DNA from: Eledone cirrhosa
Taxonomy: Eukaryota
Length of the DNA stretch: 64,000 nt
Reading direction: 5' to 3'
Assembly (NCBI GenBank): GCA_964016885.1
Contig: OZ024750.1
Location: 18,724,001-18,788,000 of the forward strand
The position numbers were made by a program, and so were the translations under genes. Below are positions 51,432 to 64,000 of the stretch, piece by piece. Each line of letters opens with the position of its first letter. Positions within the stretch are counted from its first letter, which is position 1. The notes beneath the pieces were generated by a model, which was not told where the DNA came from, did no database searches, and saw nothing but the letters and a program-made list of their open reading frames with translations.

Positions 51432-51927
51432 TGCGTGTTGTGTGTTTTTATGCAAGAATGACTGATGACCCTGTAAGACTCAGAAGTAACAATCTAATGA
51501 ATTAATTGATCTTAATAAATTATAAATATATTCTGTCTCTTTCCCACTTCCATTTCATAACATATCTATCAACTAACATTCTTTCACCCACATTTTCTCC
51601 TTTCAGGTTTCTTCTTTTTTTTTCTGAGGAAAGACTAACAGGCCAGAACACAAGACATTCCTAGGCTTTCTTTATTTCAGCGTTAAATTAATACAACAGC
51701 TTTGTATTTCCCTTATTCATTTTCTTTTGCTGATTTTTTTTAAAGAGACTTTTTAAAGAGACTATTTTCAATATGCTGATATGGGACCCTGACCTGTTAC
51801 TTCAGATTACATTGGATCTATTAAATATATAAATATATATATACACACACACATATAAATACATTTATATATATACACATATATATATCAGGGAAAGTGG
51901 ATGTTAAAACGATGACAATGATGATGA

Positions 51928-51994
<67 letters not shown>

Positions 51995-52607
51995 ATGGAT
52001 TTTCTTAGTTTGAAAACACAAAAAAAGACCAAGTTTAAAATGAGTAACAATACATATTATTTATAGTTAATCTATAAAGAATATATACTTTTTATTTAGA
52101 TTTATAGCTCAATGATAAATTCTTCATTTCACTCTTATTTAGAGAGCATTAGGAGCTAGCATTTATCTTCAAACTAGATTTCCGTATATTCTAAAATGAT
52201 ATATAACTGGTATGTATTTTACCAAAGGGATGAAGAGTTTGTAAAGTTAAGCCTTGCAAGAATTAAATTGATTAAAATGAAGTGAGATCACAAGCAATTA
52301 ATTTTCTACCAGTTTCCCACCTCGCACCTGCAGTAATATATAGCTATGAAAGTATTTTGATTGAGAATTATGATAAAAAAAAAAGTATATGGTTATGGTA
52401 AGATTTTGGGAAATCCATCTTTACTCGGAATACTTATGAGAGCTACGCCTCAAGAAAATTGGGCATCCCACCAATGTACATCTTATAAAAATGAATACAT
52501 ATATATATATATATATATACATATCTCGGGAATTTTACCCACCCTAGATATATATATATATATATATACATACATACATATATATACACATACATATATA
52601 TACATAC

Positions 52608-52648
<41 letters not shown>

Positions 52649-52960
52649 TACATACATATAACTGAACAAAAAAGAAAAACGAACACAGACATTTACATAT
52701 ATGTGTTCAAATCGTAATGGACCAGAATCGCTAAGGTGAAAAAAATACTAACTACAGACAATATGGTTTGTCAGACTCAATTTAAGAATAAATCAAGAAA
52801 AATAAATACAAACCATAATTGTGGTAACAACCGAACAACCAAAGCTTTTTTCTTAGAACTAATTTACTGTAATGAGACTATTTTGAGTTTCTAACTCAAT
52901 ACATGCCTTGATACATACATATATATACACATATCTATACATGCGTATATATATACATAC

Positions 52961-53007
<47 letters not shown>

Positions 53008-54139
53008 TATATATACACACATATATATACATACACATATTTTTGTACATATCCACACATATATATAAAACAAAACAGAAATGAATGAAAATCCAAAATT
53101 TCTTTACAAAATCAGTACTAAACATGCAGAAGAAATATTATCTCCATGCATTTATAAATAGCATTAAAAACCTTACTTTTATTTTCAACAAATATATATG
53201 ATTATGGCTGTATATTAAAAATTTTAAATAGTTGTTCATTAAATTATTCATGTTTAGCGAAGCCAAATTTTTGTAAACAATGAAAAGCAAAAAAAAAAAA
53301 AAAATAATGCTTTTGAAACTTGTTAGGTCTAAATATTTGCTTGTTCGTTTTGAGTGCCAAAAATGTACTTTTGACCTTTGACCCCTCATGTACCAAAAGC
53401 GCACTGGTACATCTCATACCTTCTACCACAAAGATGTACCAGTACATTTTTTAAAACTTTTCAATGCTCATGAACCAAAGATGCTCTGATACACCTTTTA
53501 TTTCTCCATCTCATGTGCCAAAGATGTAATGGAGTGTCTTTCATTTCCCACTCCTTGTATGTACTGTTGGTATATTTTATTTGAGTTTAACTTGTGAAAC
53601 CCAAGTTCTGACAAAATAAATTAAGCAAATTTGATCAAAATATCTCTTATATTTTATTTGGTTTTTGGTTTTTGAAAAATGCAAAAAATAATGTTTAATC
53701 TTGGTCTGGGGCAATAAATAACACAAAAAAAACAAAAACAAAGAAAACAGCACTGGTACTCAAAGAGTTAATATGGCCACTTCTGTTCTTGTTCATGGTG
53801 AAAGAAGTTACAATTAAAATAGTTAGAAGCAGTAGCTATCACAAATGCTGCTGGCAGCTACGATACTAAAAATGTTAATTGCAACATATTTAAATAAAAA
53901 TAATAACTGTTTCTAAAAGAGGTACATGGCCAGCAATATGTAGGGAGGAGAAAGTTGATTATATCAACCCCAGTATTTAGCTGGTACTTTATTTTATCAA
54001 ATTTAGAAGGATGAAAGGCAAAGTTGACCATGGCAGGATTTGAAATCAGAATATACAGAACCATAACTAAATACCATATAAGGCATTTTGTCTGATACAA
54101 TGATGATTCAATCAATTCACCACTTAATAATAATAATAA

Positions 54140-54365
54140 TAATTGTTTCTACTATTGGCGCAAGGCCAACGATTTGGGGATAGGGAAAATTGATTAAATC
54201 GACCCCAATGCTAAACTGGTGCTTTATTTTATCGACCCTGTAATGGTAAGGATGAAAGGCAAAGCTAACCTCGGTCGGATTTGAACTCAGAATGTAAAGG
54301 GCCATAACTAAATTCTGCAAAGCATTTTGCCCGACGCTCTACTGATTCTGTCAATCCACTGCCCT
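54140..54365 (-). mobile_element. tRNA-derived SINE, same family
   Basis: Near full-length match to 47630-47816; part of a three-copy cluster at 53905-54470. Confidence 0.8.
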
Positions 54366-54836
54366 AATGATAATAATAATTGTTTCTACTTTTGGCACAA
54401 GGCCAGCAATTATCCCAGTGTTTTATCGACCCCATAAGGATGAAAGGCAAAGTCAACCTCGGCGGGATTAATGATAATAATAATGATAATAAATCAAAAC
54501 TGTACTAAATATATAATTTTTATTAAATTAACCCTTTTGATACCAAACTGCCTCTGGTTTTATGATACAAAGCTGTTTGCTTTCAAGTATTTATCTAAAA
54601 ATCTATCATAATTTTATGTATGAACCTTTGTAGTGTTACAAACACCAACTTAATACTGAGAAAGTTCATTCTATTAATAAATCTCAAAATTCTTGAAAAT
54701 CATAGGCAGTGAGTTTCATTAGAAATATGATAATGAAAAGGTTAAAGCCAAAATAATAATAATTTTCCCAATCGTACTAAATATTTAACTTGGTTAATAA
54801 ATTAAAATTCAAAATAATATTTGAATTAATTTATTA

Positions 54837-54911
54837 TATTGGGTCGTCAAGTATGAAATTTGCAGAAAAAAAACAACAAATTTTTACAAATTTCATACTT
54901 AACGACCAATA
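54837..54911. mobile_element. Short mariner-like MITE remnant
   Basis: TATTGGGTCGTCAAGTATGAAATT / AATTTCATACTTAACGACCAATA inverted ends. Confidence 0.6.
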
Positions 54912-55141
54912 CTTAAACAAGGTAAAGATTTTTTAAATTTAAAATACATTTTCATTTTATAACTGGAATGTTTGGGCATTTTTTTTTTTTTTTTTTTTTT
55001 TTGAAAATGTAAAACATAATTAAGTTTATGTAACATGATCCTAAATTACAATTATCATCTATTAATAACAGCTAAAAACATTAACTTTTAAAAATTAAGC
55101 GAGGTCAAGAAAAGTGTTTTTGTATACTGCATGTATACATA

Positions 55142-55210
<69 letters not shown>

Positions 55211-56134
55211 TCACCCCCTCCCCAACTAATCATCCAATCCTTGTAACATGTTCTTGTAATATCCCATTCATCTGGTGCCCTTGTGGCAAATAAATAAAAT
55301 CATTATTATTATTATTTGGCTTGTCTTTATATAATTTTGTTTTTAATGCCATAAACTTAAACATTTAAAAAAAATTAAAAATTAAGACGTTCATAACGAA
55401 ACTGGCTCAAAAATTAATATAATGGAAAAAAAAATTATGGATCATTCTTTTGACATTAAATTAAATAAAATAATAATGATAAAAAAAAAAGATAAAAACC
55501 GTGTAAGAACTTTAGTTAAAAATTAAAATTCACCACGCTTTTTCACCCCTCCCTCATTCAAAATATTGCATCACACAGGGGTTCTTTTGCAAATAATAAA
55601 GTTCTTCACATTTTTTCTTTCTTTCTTCTCTTGCAATCATCATCACCATAAAGAGAAATGGCAGTGCATGGAATATAGTCATTTAGGTAAATAAATCATT
55701 CCCTAGACTTGAAATCATTTTATTTTTTCCCTCCCTTATTCGTTTTTACATTCTCATTTTCAAATGTAAGAATGTAATAAATTTTTTTTTTCTTAAATCA
55801 GTCACATTTCTTTTTTGTTCAGAATTTTATACATTGCAGTAATTTATACTTGGTACCTGCATAGCGAGCAAGAATTATTACCAAATGGCATGAAGAACTC
55901 TTCCATCCAACAAAACAATTCTGGCAGTAATAATGTTGTTCTTTAATATAGGATTCCATTCCAGTCCAGCAGCGCTGTCCTCCTTGTACAACCCACATGT
56001 TTGGGGGAAATTTTAGTTTTTCTCTTCTGTACAAGATTCCCACAACTCTCAGCTGATATAAAAGTTTCTGCTGAAGCCATGTGAGGGGGAGTTAAGTTTG
56101 TAACCTTTGTCCATCTTATCATCACAAAATCACA

Positions 56135-56179
56135 TCACTCTCCTTTCCCTTCCTCGTCTGTGTCTTCAAGAACTGAATC
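56135..56179 (-). CDS. Bcl-2-family terminal coding exon (DSVLEDTDEEGKGE*)
   Basis: CAG acceptor 56180-56182, phase 0, TGA at 56137-56135, followed by UTR-like sequence. Confidence 0.8.
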   Translation of the reverse strand, partial: DSVLEDTDEEGKGE

Positions 56180-56932
56180 CTGCACAGGAGAAAATAACAA
56201 AAAAGAAGAGTAATAAAATCTATATTATAATCTAAATTATTTGAAAATTATAAGAATGTCTTTCATTAGAAATTTGTTAATCATAATTTTATGTAAGGAT
56301 ATTTGTTAAATTATGTTCCAAACAGTTAAATAATAATAAAGTTCTATTACTAAACCCCTCCAAATTTTTTATTATTTTCAAAATGATTTGAAAATCATAC
56401 TCAGTGCTTTCGTTAGAACTATGTTAACAAATGTTTAAAAAATATATTTATATTTAACTGAAAACTTTCCATAATAATTTTACATAAGAATCTTTGCTAA
56501 GTTATGTTCCGAACACCAGATAAATATCGAGAATATTTATTATATTGCATAATCCCTTCAAATTATTTGAAAATCATGGCAAGTGTCTTTAATTAGAAGT
56601 ATGTTAACGAAAGGGTTAAAGTGTTTATATATAGTAATGAAAGGGCTAATGTGTTTATATGTGGTAATGAAAGGGCTAAAATGTTTATATGTGGTAATGA
56701 AATGGTTAAAGTGTTTATATCATCATCATCATTTAACGTCCTTCCACGATAAATATCGAGAATGCTCATTATATTGCATAGAAGTATGGTAATGAAAGGA
56801 CTAAAGCATTTATATATGCTAATGAAAGGGCTAAAGTGTTCAAATATGGTAATGAAAGGGTTAAAGCGTTTATCTCTGGTAAAGAAAGGGCTGTGTTTAT
56901 ATATTGTATTAAAAAGGGTTAAAGATACATAC

Positions 56933-57181
56933 CCATCCACCTCTCTCTACAATGAAAGATGCACACTTATCTTCAAAATATTGCAGAGTTAGTTCTTTTA
57001 TCTGAGATGCCATGGCACGGAATGGTCCAACAAGATTGATAGCTGCCTTGGAGAGGAAGAACAGAGCAGCTACCTCCTGTATTCCATTCTTGTCTTTAGA
57101 GTAGGCTTCAATGATCTCCTTGAAATTCTTATAGGTAAGTTGTTTAAGTATTGCTACAACAGCTTCACTAGGGAACTGGGT
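56933..57181 (-). CDS. Bcl-2-family core exon (TQFPSEAVVAILKQLTYKNFKEII...YFEDKCASFIVERGGW)
   Basis: 249 nt open frame; ends at GGW|GTATGT, the typical Bcl-2-family intron position after BH2. Confidence 0.92.
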
Positions 57182-58458
57182 CTGGATGGGGAAAAAAAGA
57201 ACATTTTTTTTTTACAATTTCTTTTCATTTTAAAATTAAAAATATACAAAACTTGACTTGTACTAAGCCAAAACTGGGCCTGGTTCTATGAAACAAAACC
57301 ACCCATTTTAAAGGGTTCTTATTTAAATTGAAATTAAAATCTTCCATCAGAATTTTTATATAAGGACCAAGTTAAGTTACTATCTTAGTACTGAAATAAT
57401 TAATAATTTTAGTAAATGCCAATTTAAATTAAATTAAAATCTTCTGACATAATTTTTTAATGAAAACAATATATAAAGTCACTATCTTAAAACTAAAACA
57501 ATAATAATTTTAGTAAATCCATTAAATTTCTTCATGAACACCGCTTGACAAAATGAAAAAAGGTTTCTTTAGCAAAAGATAATTAGGGTGATGTCACAAT
57601 AAAATGTACACAACCCACTCAGTAAAGTGGTAGTGTTCGTGTCACAATAAAATACAGCCTAGTAGCAAGATAATTATATCTGCTACCGCCGTTACCAGCA
57701 CCACCATCACTATCACCTGTATGGACTTGACCATCCAGAGTTACCTACCTTGTATATCTATGGGATTAGCTAGTTGCAGTTGTTACTTAAACTCAGGCCA
57801 GCTCTCAATGAGTAGTCCTATGATCAAAGAGGTTCCAGTTATAAACAACATCTTGTTGCTGTTTAACCGTAGATAAGACCCAAACGAGTAGATCTGCGAT
57901 CAAAGACAAACCAGGTTCGTTTTTTCTAAAGACCACCACATTCGTCTTTCCAGACCATCTTATCCAAAGTATCTCTTTTTTTTTTAAGATGGGCAGTTGT
58001 GATTTGGCATAGTTTCTACAACTACACACCCTAAATGTTGTATGCACGTTTTTATGTAGCACCAGTACTAGAAAGGTGACACGTTTTGTCTTGGTGCCTA
58101 CAATTGGATGTTCTTCATAATACCAACCACTTTACTGCGTGCATTTTATCATGGCAGTGGACATTAGAGAGGTTGTTTTACCTTTGACACACCTGTAGAA
58201 TCCTCTCTATTCTTTGTTTTATGTTGTTACTACAACAGAATGCCCTTCCTAATGCCAACCATTTTACAGAGTTTATTGGGAGCATTTCATCATATCATCA
58301 GCATTAAGAAAGTTGTCTTGATCTGGATACTACAGTAGAGTCAACTACCACTTTTACATAATTTTTTTTTATAATGAAATAGAAATAATTTATTTTTAAT
58401 TTTATATTTAATAACTATTTAGATTTTTAAATATATTTAGGTAAAAACACTAACTTAC

Positions 58459-58520
58459 AGGGGTTTTTATAGAGAGAATGTACTCTACTAGTTCTTTCTC
58501 TAATTCACTCAGTTCTGGGG
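58459..58520 (-). CDS. Bcl-2-family exon (SPELSELEKELVEYILSIKTP)
   Basis: 62 nt, TTTTCAG acceptor, GTAAGT donor; phase 1->0 links the flanking exons in frame. Confidence 0.85.
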
Positions 58521-59568
58521 CTGAAAAATAAATGGCAATTCATGTATGAATACATATATACATATACATTTATATATATATATATAAAATATAAAATAAA
58601 CATTAAAATTCATGAGAAAATTAGAAGCTGCATCATATTTTTTTTCTATAGATAAACAGTCAAAATAATAGGGTAGTAGCAGTAATAGTGTAAGAACACT
58701 ATTGGTAGAAATAGCTGCATCTTCCTACCAGTTTTAACAGTACATTCTAGAAGTTTAATTTAGTTTCGAATTTGATTCATCATTAAATAGCTAAGATAAG
58801 CTGTTATTAATAAAATAATACCTTATTTTAGAATATTAGCCTCAGCTCATTTTTCAGCTGAGGGGGACTGGACCAAAGGGAAATGAAGTGTCTTGCTTAA
58901 AGAAACAACGCACCATCTGATCCAGGAATTGATCCCACAAACTTACAATATTGAGACCAACACCTTAACCATTAGACGAAAATCAGTTCAATTGTATTCA
59001 CCCCTTATATTACTCTACTTCTAATGGATGACACAATCATGTCATTTCATTTCTCTTGACAGAATGCATCACTGAGAAGAAAATAATGATTTCTCATTTT
59101 AGCACAAGGTCAACAAATTCTGGGAGAAATGAAAGCCAATTATATCAAGACCAGTATTTGACTGATACTTTATTTTATTGACCCTGGAAGGCAAGGTTGA
59201 TCACAGTAGGATTTAAAACCAGAATGTGGAGGGTCATAACAAAATACTGTAATGCCTTTCATCTGATGCACTAATGATCTGGTTTATTTACTGCCCTCCA
59301 TTTCCCTAATAATAATTGCTTCTACTTTTGGCACAAGGCCAGCAATTTGAAGGAAAGGGGAAAGTCGATTAAATCAACCCCAGTGCGTTACTAGTACTTT
59401 ATTTTATCAACTCCATAAGGATAAAAGGTAAAGCTAACCTTGCTGGATTTGAACTCAGAATGTAAAAGATCATGACTCTATGCCGCAAAGCATATTGTCC
59501 GCCACTCTACTGATACTGGTAATCCATGACCCTTTTGATAAGAAAATAACAACAACAACAATACTTAC

Positions 59569-59760
59569 ATCCCATTCTTTCAATGGAAAGAGAAGCAGCA
59601 CAGGCCCCCTCTGAATCTGATGCTGAAGTGGCATGTATATCGGCCAAATCTATCAGTTTATTAGCAATACGTTTGTACATCTCCCTCTTAACTTGTTCTT
59701 CACTAGGCTCAATAGACATAGCACCACCAACAGCGCCATCTACTTCATCACACTCTACAT
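59569..59760 (-). CDS. Bcl-2-family exon (DVECDEVDGAVGG...YKRIANKLIDLADIHA...ERMG)
   Basis: 192 nt, strong pyrimidine tract + CAG, GTAAGT donor; within ORF 59507..59821; BH3-like LxxxAD. Confidence 0.88.
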
Positions 59761-60244
59761 CTGCAACAGAGAAAAAGAGAGAAAATGCATTTGATAATAT
59801 GTACTGACTTTTGAACAGCATAAATAGACTATATATGAAAAATAAAATAGAAAATAATAATTTCTACTTTAGCTGCAAAGGCCGTAATTGATGGGGTGGG
59901 TGGGGGTGTAAGCCGATTATATCAACCCCAGTTCTTTACTGGTACTTTGTTTTATAGACCTAGGATTGATAAAAGGCAACGCTGACTTCGGTGGGATTTG
60001 AACTCAGAATATAAAGAGCTGGAACAAATACTGGATGAAACTAAGCTACACGAACTGAAGTGTTTTGCTCAAAAACACAACTTGCCACCCAATCCAGGAA
60101 CCAAACCCACGTCCAATGATCATGAACCCAACATCCTAACAGCCAGGCCATGTGCCTTCATTCAGGCCACATGTGGAAAATAGAAACTGACTAAATGTAG
60201 GAAGATAGTAAACTTTACTCTCTTTCTTTCTAACATAAACATAC

Positions 60245-60274
60245 CTGAAACATCAGGTATTTCCTCTCTGTTAT
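60245..60274 (-). CDS. Candidate 30-nt microexon of the Bcl-2-family gene (DNREEIPDVS)
   Basis: TAG acceptor, strong CAG|GTATGT donor, phase 1-1 matching neighbouring exons, no stop. Confidence 0.5.
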
Positions 60275-60753
60275 CTAACAACATGAGTCATATATATATA
60301 TACACACACACAAACACATACATACACATTATATGTTATCTTATCTGTGAAACAATAGTCAGATCTTAAAATAACAAAAGTCATACATTATTCTTTTACA
60401 GGTTTCAGCCATTGGACAGTGGCCATGCTGGGGCACCATCTTAAAGTGATTTAGTTGATCAAATCAACCAAAGTACATTTTTTTTCAAGTCTGACAGATC
60501 CTTTTTGTTGAACCGGGACACAGACAGACACATATATATATTATCCGGAGTTCACTTCACAACCACATGGTTTTGGGTTTGGTCCCACTGTGTGACACTT
60601 TGAGAAAGTGTCTTCTATATTAGTCTTAGGTTGCCAAAGCATGGTTGTAGTCTGACACAAAACCAGTAAAGCAATCAAAGAATAAATGCAACAAAACAAA
60701 CAAAACAAAAAAATATCAACTTAACTAGAGAAGGAAAAAGACAAAAATAGGAC

Positions 60754-60802
<49 letters not shown>

Positions 60803-60824
60803 GAGATAAATGAGATCAAGATCA

Positions 60825-61082
60825 AGATCGTGTAGGTGTCACGAGAAAAAAACACAGTCCACGTTGTAATGTGGCCGTGTAGGTAACACGGTAAAAAGTT
60901 CCCAGTTCCACACTATAAATGTGGTTGGTGTTAGGAAGGGCATCCAGCCGTAGAAAACCTGCCAGATAGTCCTATATGAGCGAGACATGGTCACCCGACC
61001 AGCCTTGCCTCAAGTGGGACAACTCTCGTCTAATCCATGCTAGCGTGGAAAATGGACGTTAAACGAAGATGATGATGATGAT
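60825..61082 (+). mobile_element. Short element with RTE-type 3' end (also ~2990-3162, 7805-8065, 34130-34310, 10215-10430(-), 25428-25710(-))
   Basis: Shared ggttggtgttaggaagggcatccagc and aacccatgc..gtggaaaatggacgttaaacgatgatgatg tail resembling the RTE 3'UTR. Confidence 0.75.
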
Positions 61083-61299
61083 ATATATATATATAGTAAT
61101 GAAAGCATTGAGTCTGCATATTAAATATATTGAATCAGTTTGGGAAAGATACATAGAGACATATATAGAAGCTGAGATGTGTATAACATTTAGCAGGTGA
61201 GAGTGTATATATATATAATATTTCGACTCATGCAAAATATAGAATACAAAAATATATCTAAACTCATGCAAAATAAAGAAAAGAAATATACATATATAT

Positions 61300-61523
61300 A
61301 TATATATGTAAAAGGTAAACAGAAATAACACAATCAGTACAGTATATGGAAGGAATATATTAGGTTAACGCTTGAAATAGCAGGAAGAGGGTCTTAACGT
61401 TTCGGACGCTAGTCCTTCATCAGAAGAAAGAATGAGAAATAAGATAGATTGAAGGGACGGGCGGAGTAGAATTGGAAAAAATGTCTTTAGATAAAAATAA
61501 CAGGTCCATTCATGTTGACATGA
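61300..61523 (-). mobile_element. Penelope-like terminal fragment (also 13410-13630(+), 11930-12028(-), 14221-14464)
   Basis: Dispersed repeat beside (TA)n; carries CTGATGAAGGACTAGCGTCCGAAAC, a hammerhead-like core typical of PLE pseudo-LTRs. Confidence 0.6.
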
Positions 61524-62897
61524 TGTGGTTGACTTGAAGCAGTGGAAAATCTGAAAATATAATTGCCACACTGCATGGTTTGATTCCCTGCAGATGTCTG
61601 TCTACTTTTTTGGTATTCAGCTGTAGTTAACCTGATTTATCAAACTATTACTTATAGTTATCAGCTATTATCATAGTTACATGCATTATGGCAACCATAT
61701 TTTCTTAAATATATATATATAATACATATATAGTCTATATATATATATATATACTAATGCAAAGTATATTAAACTTAAATTATGATCTATTGAACTGTTG
61801 AAACCAAAATAAGAAGCAAAGAAGTTTTAATTCCTTTTTTTTTTTTAAATTAGCAATTCATATCCAGACGTCATATCAAAGTTTTACACATGAATCTTTT
61901 GTCATTGTTCTTTGTAAATGAAATGCTATAATAAAATAGAGAACGTCAGTAACAATAAAGATATGTGAATAGTATTATATATGAGTTGTACTTGTCTAGC
62001 AAGTGACTTGACCTGAGACTGTGTTGAAACTACAGCAATTGTATCATGGAAGAAGGGTTATTTTAGCTATTCAAAAACACACAAAAATTATTAACTTTAT
62101 CATCATCATCATCATTTTTTAACGTCTATCTTCCACGCTAGCACGGGTTACTTTATATTTATCATTTATTTATTGGTCTCAAAATGTCTGGCCTGATCAG
62201 GTCACGAAAGTTTTGATGCCAAGAAATATATAATAAATGTAAAATGAAATGAACAGTTGTTTTTGTTTTTGAATGTCTAAAATTACTCTTCCATAATGTA
62301 TTTGCAATAGTATTATTTTGACTAAATTAATTTTAAGCCCCACAGAAAGTATAATATGTAAAGTGGTCATGCTTTTGTAGATCTAGTAACCAAGATGACT
62401 TTTTTAACCCTTTCATTACCATATTTCTAATAAAAACAGTCTATGATTTTCAAAACATTTTGAAAATAATCAAGAATTTGAAAGACTTAGTGATATAACT
62501 TTCTCATTATTATTAAGCTAGTGTTTGGAGCATAACAAAGGTTCGTACATAAAATTATGACGGAAGATTTTAAGATAAATATAAACACTAACTTTTTTGT
62601 TACCATATTTCTAATGAAAGATGCTGCCTATGATTTTTAAATAATGTTAAAAATAATCAAGAATTTTTTTGGGGGGAGGGGGATGTCCATATTTCAATTA
62701 AATATGAAACATTTTATGGGAATTGACAACAATTATTTATTATTTTATTACTAAAATAGTAATTTCACATATGATTATTATATAAAATCATATTGGGAGA
62801 TAGTAATTTAAATAAGAACATTTTAAAATGGTTATTTTGATTCATGGAACCAGACCTGGTTTGGGTAGGTTGGTATCAAAAGGGCTCAGTGGTTCTC

Positions 62898-63063
62898 ACC
62901 AACACTACACCTGATATCCCTCCTCCATACACAAGCATACATGTATATCATGACTCATACACTTTCCTGACATTTGTACATTATTCTATGTACAATATAT
63001 GCATCTTCGACGAGTTGTAGTGCACCTGAGCACTGTGCACAATAATTTCATTATTATTATTAT
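62898..63063 (+). mobile_element. CR1 3'UTR fragment
   Basis: ccaacactacacctga...gtgcacctgagcactgtgcacaataatttc(att)n, matching 47040-47190. Confidence 0.8.
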
Positions 63064-63255
63064 TTAAAATTATGATACAAGGCTTTTCAATAAAAATAAA
63101 CACTTTAAAATATACAGTTCTGTATTGTAGAACCAGTGATAGTTTGGTATTTAAAAGGGCTATATTCAAAAATAGGTTTTTGAGCTTTTTTTTTTTTTTT
63201 TTTGTGTGATATAGAAAATTTTAGCTTGAAATACTTCCTGCGGGCAGTAACTTAC

Positions 63256-63633
63256 CATTAATTTGAATATTATCACAGTCATTGAGGTGTTCATGGTGTT
63301 CTATAGATGACCTGCGCTCAGTAACACCATTCGGTGTACTAACAGTCGTCACCTTCTCGACATGTTCCGCCTGAAATTCAAAGTTCCCTCGATTGGGAAG
63401 ATCACTGGTATAAACAGGATTAATATCCAAGTGCATATTGACACGTGCTACTGATCTCTCGATTAGTGGATGCCACTCCTCGCCAGGCTCTTCTTCTCGT
63501 GTTATAATTTCATTAAGAACATTCGTTGTCGTGCTATCCTTGCTTTCTGTACTTTCCTCCTTGATCATTTGGACAGACTTATCATTGCATTCGGACGCTG
63601 CCCGGCGAACAGGACTCTTCCTTTCAGTAACGT
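63256..63633 (-). CDS. Bcl-2-family gene, large acidic/disordered exon (xVTERKSPVRRAASECNDKSVQMIKEEST...NIQIN)
   Basis: 378 nt open, CAG acceptor 63634-63636, AATG|GTAAGT donor, phase 1-1; includes ORF 63221..63568 (in-frame ATG at 63568). Confidence 0.75.
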
Positions 63634-64000
63634 CTGTTCAATTAATAAAAATATGGGGACGATCAGAGTTGTCAGATCAATTTTATAAAGAAAAAAAAGA
63701 AAAAAGAAAAGGCAAAAGAAAGGAGCTGATTGTCAGATCAGACCTATTAATCTGATATTCAATAGGATTCTTACCATAATAATTATTTCTACTTTTGGCA
63801 CAAGGCCAGCAATTATCTCAATGTATTACTGGTACTTTATTTTATCGACCCTGTAAGGAGGAAAGGCAAAGTTAACCTCAGCGGGATTTGAACTCAGATC
63901 GTAAAGGGCAGTAACTCTATGCTGCAAAGCATGGCGTCCGCCTAATCCTCTCTCTCTCAATTTCAATCTGGAAACCCTGGTAGTAGTAGTAGTAGTAGTA

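Larger units (their letters stand above)
56135..63633 (-). other. Bcl-2-family gene span (Bcl-G/BCL2L12/Bfk-like, no TM anchor); 5' end probably outside window
   Basis: Five clear exons plus a candidate microexon splice in frame; BH2 motif YFEDKCASFIVERGGW and a 'LTYKNFKEII' helix; ends GGWDSVLEDTDEEGKGE*. Confidence 0.85.

Noticed and set aside
51590-51700. Plus-strand acceptor TTTTCTCCTTTCAG suggesting an intergenic gene
   Set aside because: No ORF, partner donor or other exons found; such sites arise by chance in T-rich DNA
55819-56125. Further coding exons or a TM anchor for the Bcl-2 gene
   Set aside because: They lie downstream of the in-frame TGA at 56135, lack a convincing acceptor or hydrophobic anchor, and read as 3'UTR

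Overview
This is AT-rich, microsatellite-dense animal DNA, not prokaryotic. The (TA)n/(CAT)n tracts, RTE LINEs with (GAT)n tails and tRNA-derived SINEs look octopus/coleoid-like; that assignment is an inference. Two spliced genes lie on the minus strand, both reconstructed by hand with GT-AG sites and consistent phases. (1) A complete 9-coding-exon DNAJC8 orthologue (240 aa, 37599->1501) with a ~26.4 kb first coding intron. (2) The 3' part of a Bcl-2-family gene (63633->56135) with a DEVD|G caspase motif ahead of a BH3-like helix, a BH2 'FIVERGGW', no C-terminal membrane anchor and a candidate 30-nt microexon. The rest is RTE and CR1 LINE fragments, several SINE families, TTAA and TA MITEs, Penelope-like fragments with hammerhead-like cores, foldbacks and tandem arrays, including ~50 copies of a 58/59-bp unit just upstream of DNAJC8. 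Main leads: a possible caspase-activated BID/Bfk-like protein; a candidate spliced 18-aa micropeptide gene nested in DNAJC8 intron 1; an inverted RTE pair bracketing DNAJC8 exons 2-6 (390 nt, phase 0-0); a transposon-end-derived satellite; and a 272-bp templated insertion next to a C23 run. Most listed ORFs are repeat artefacts. No CRISPR array, rRNA or genuine tRNA gene was found.
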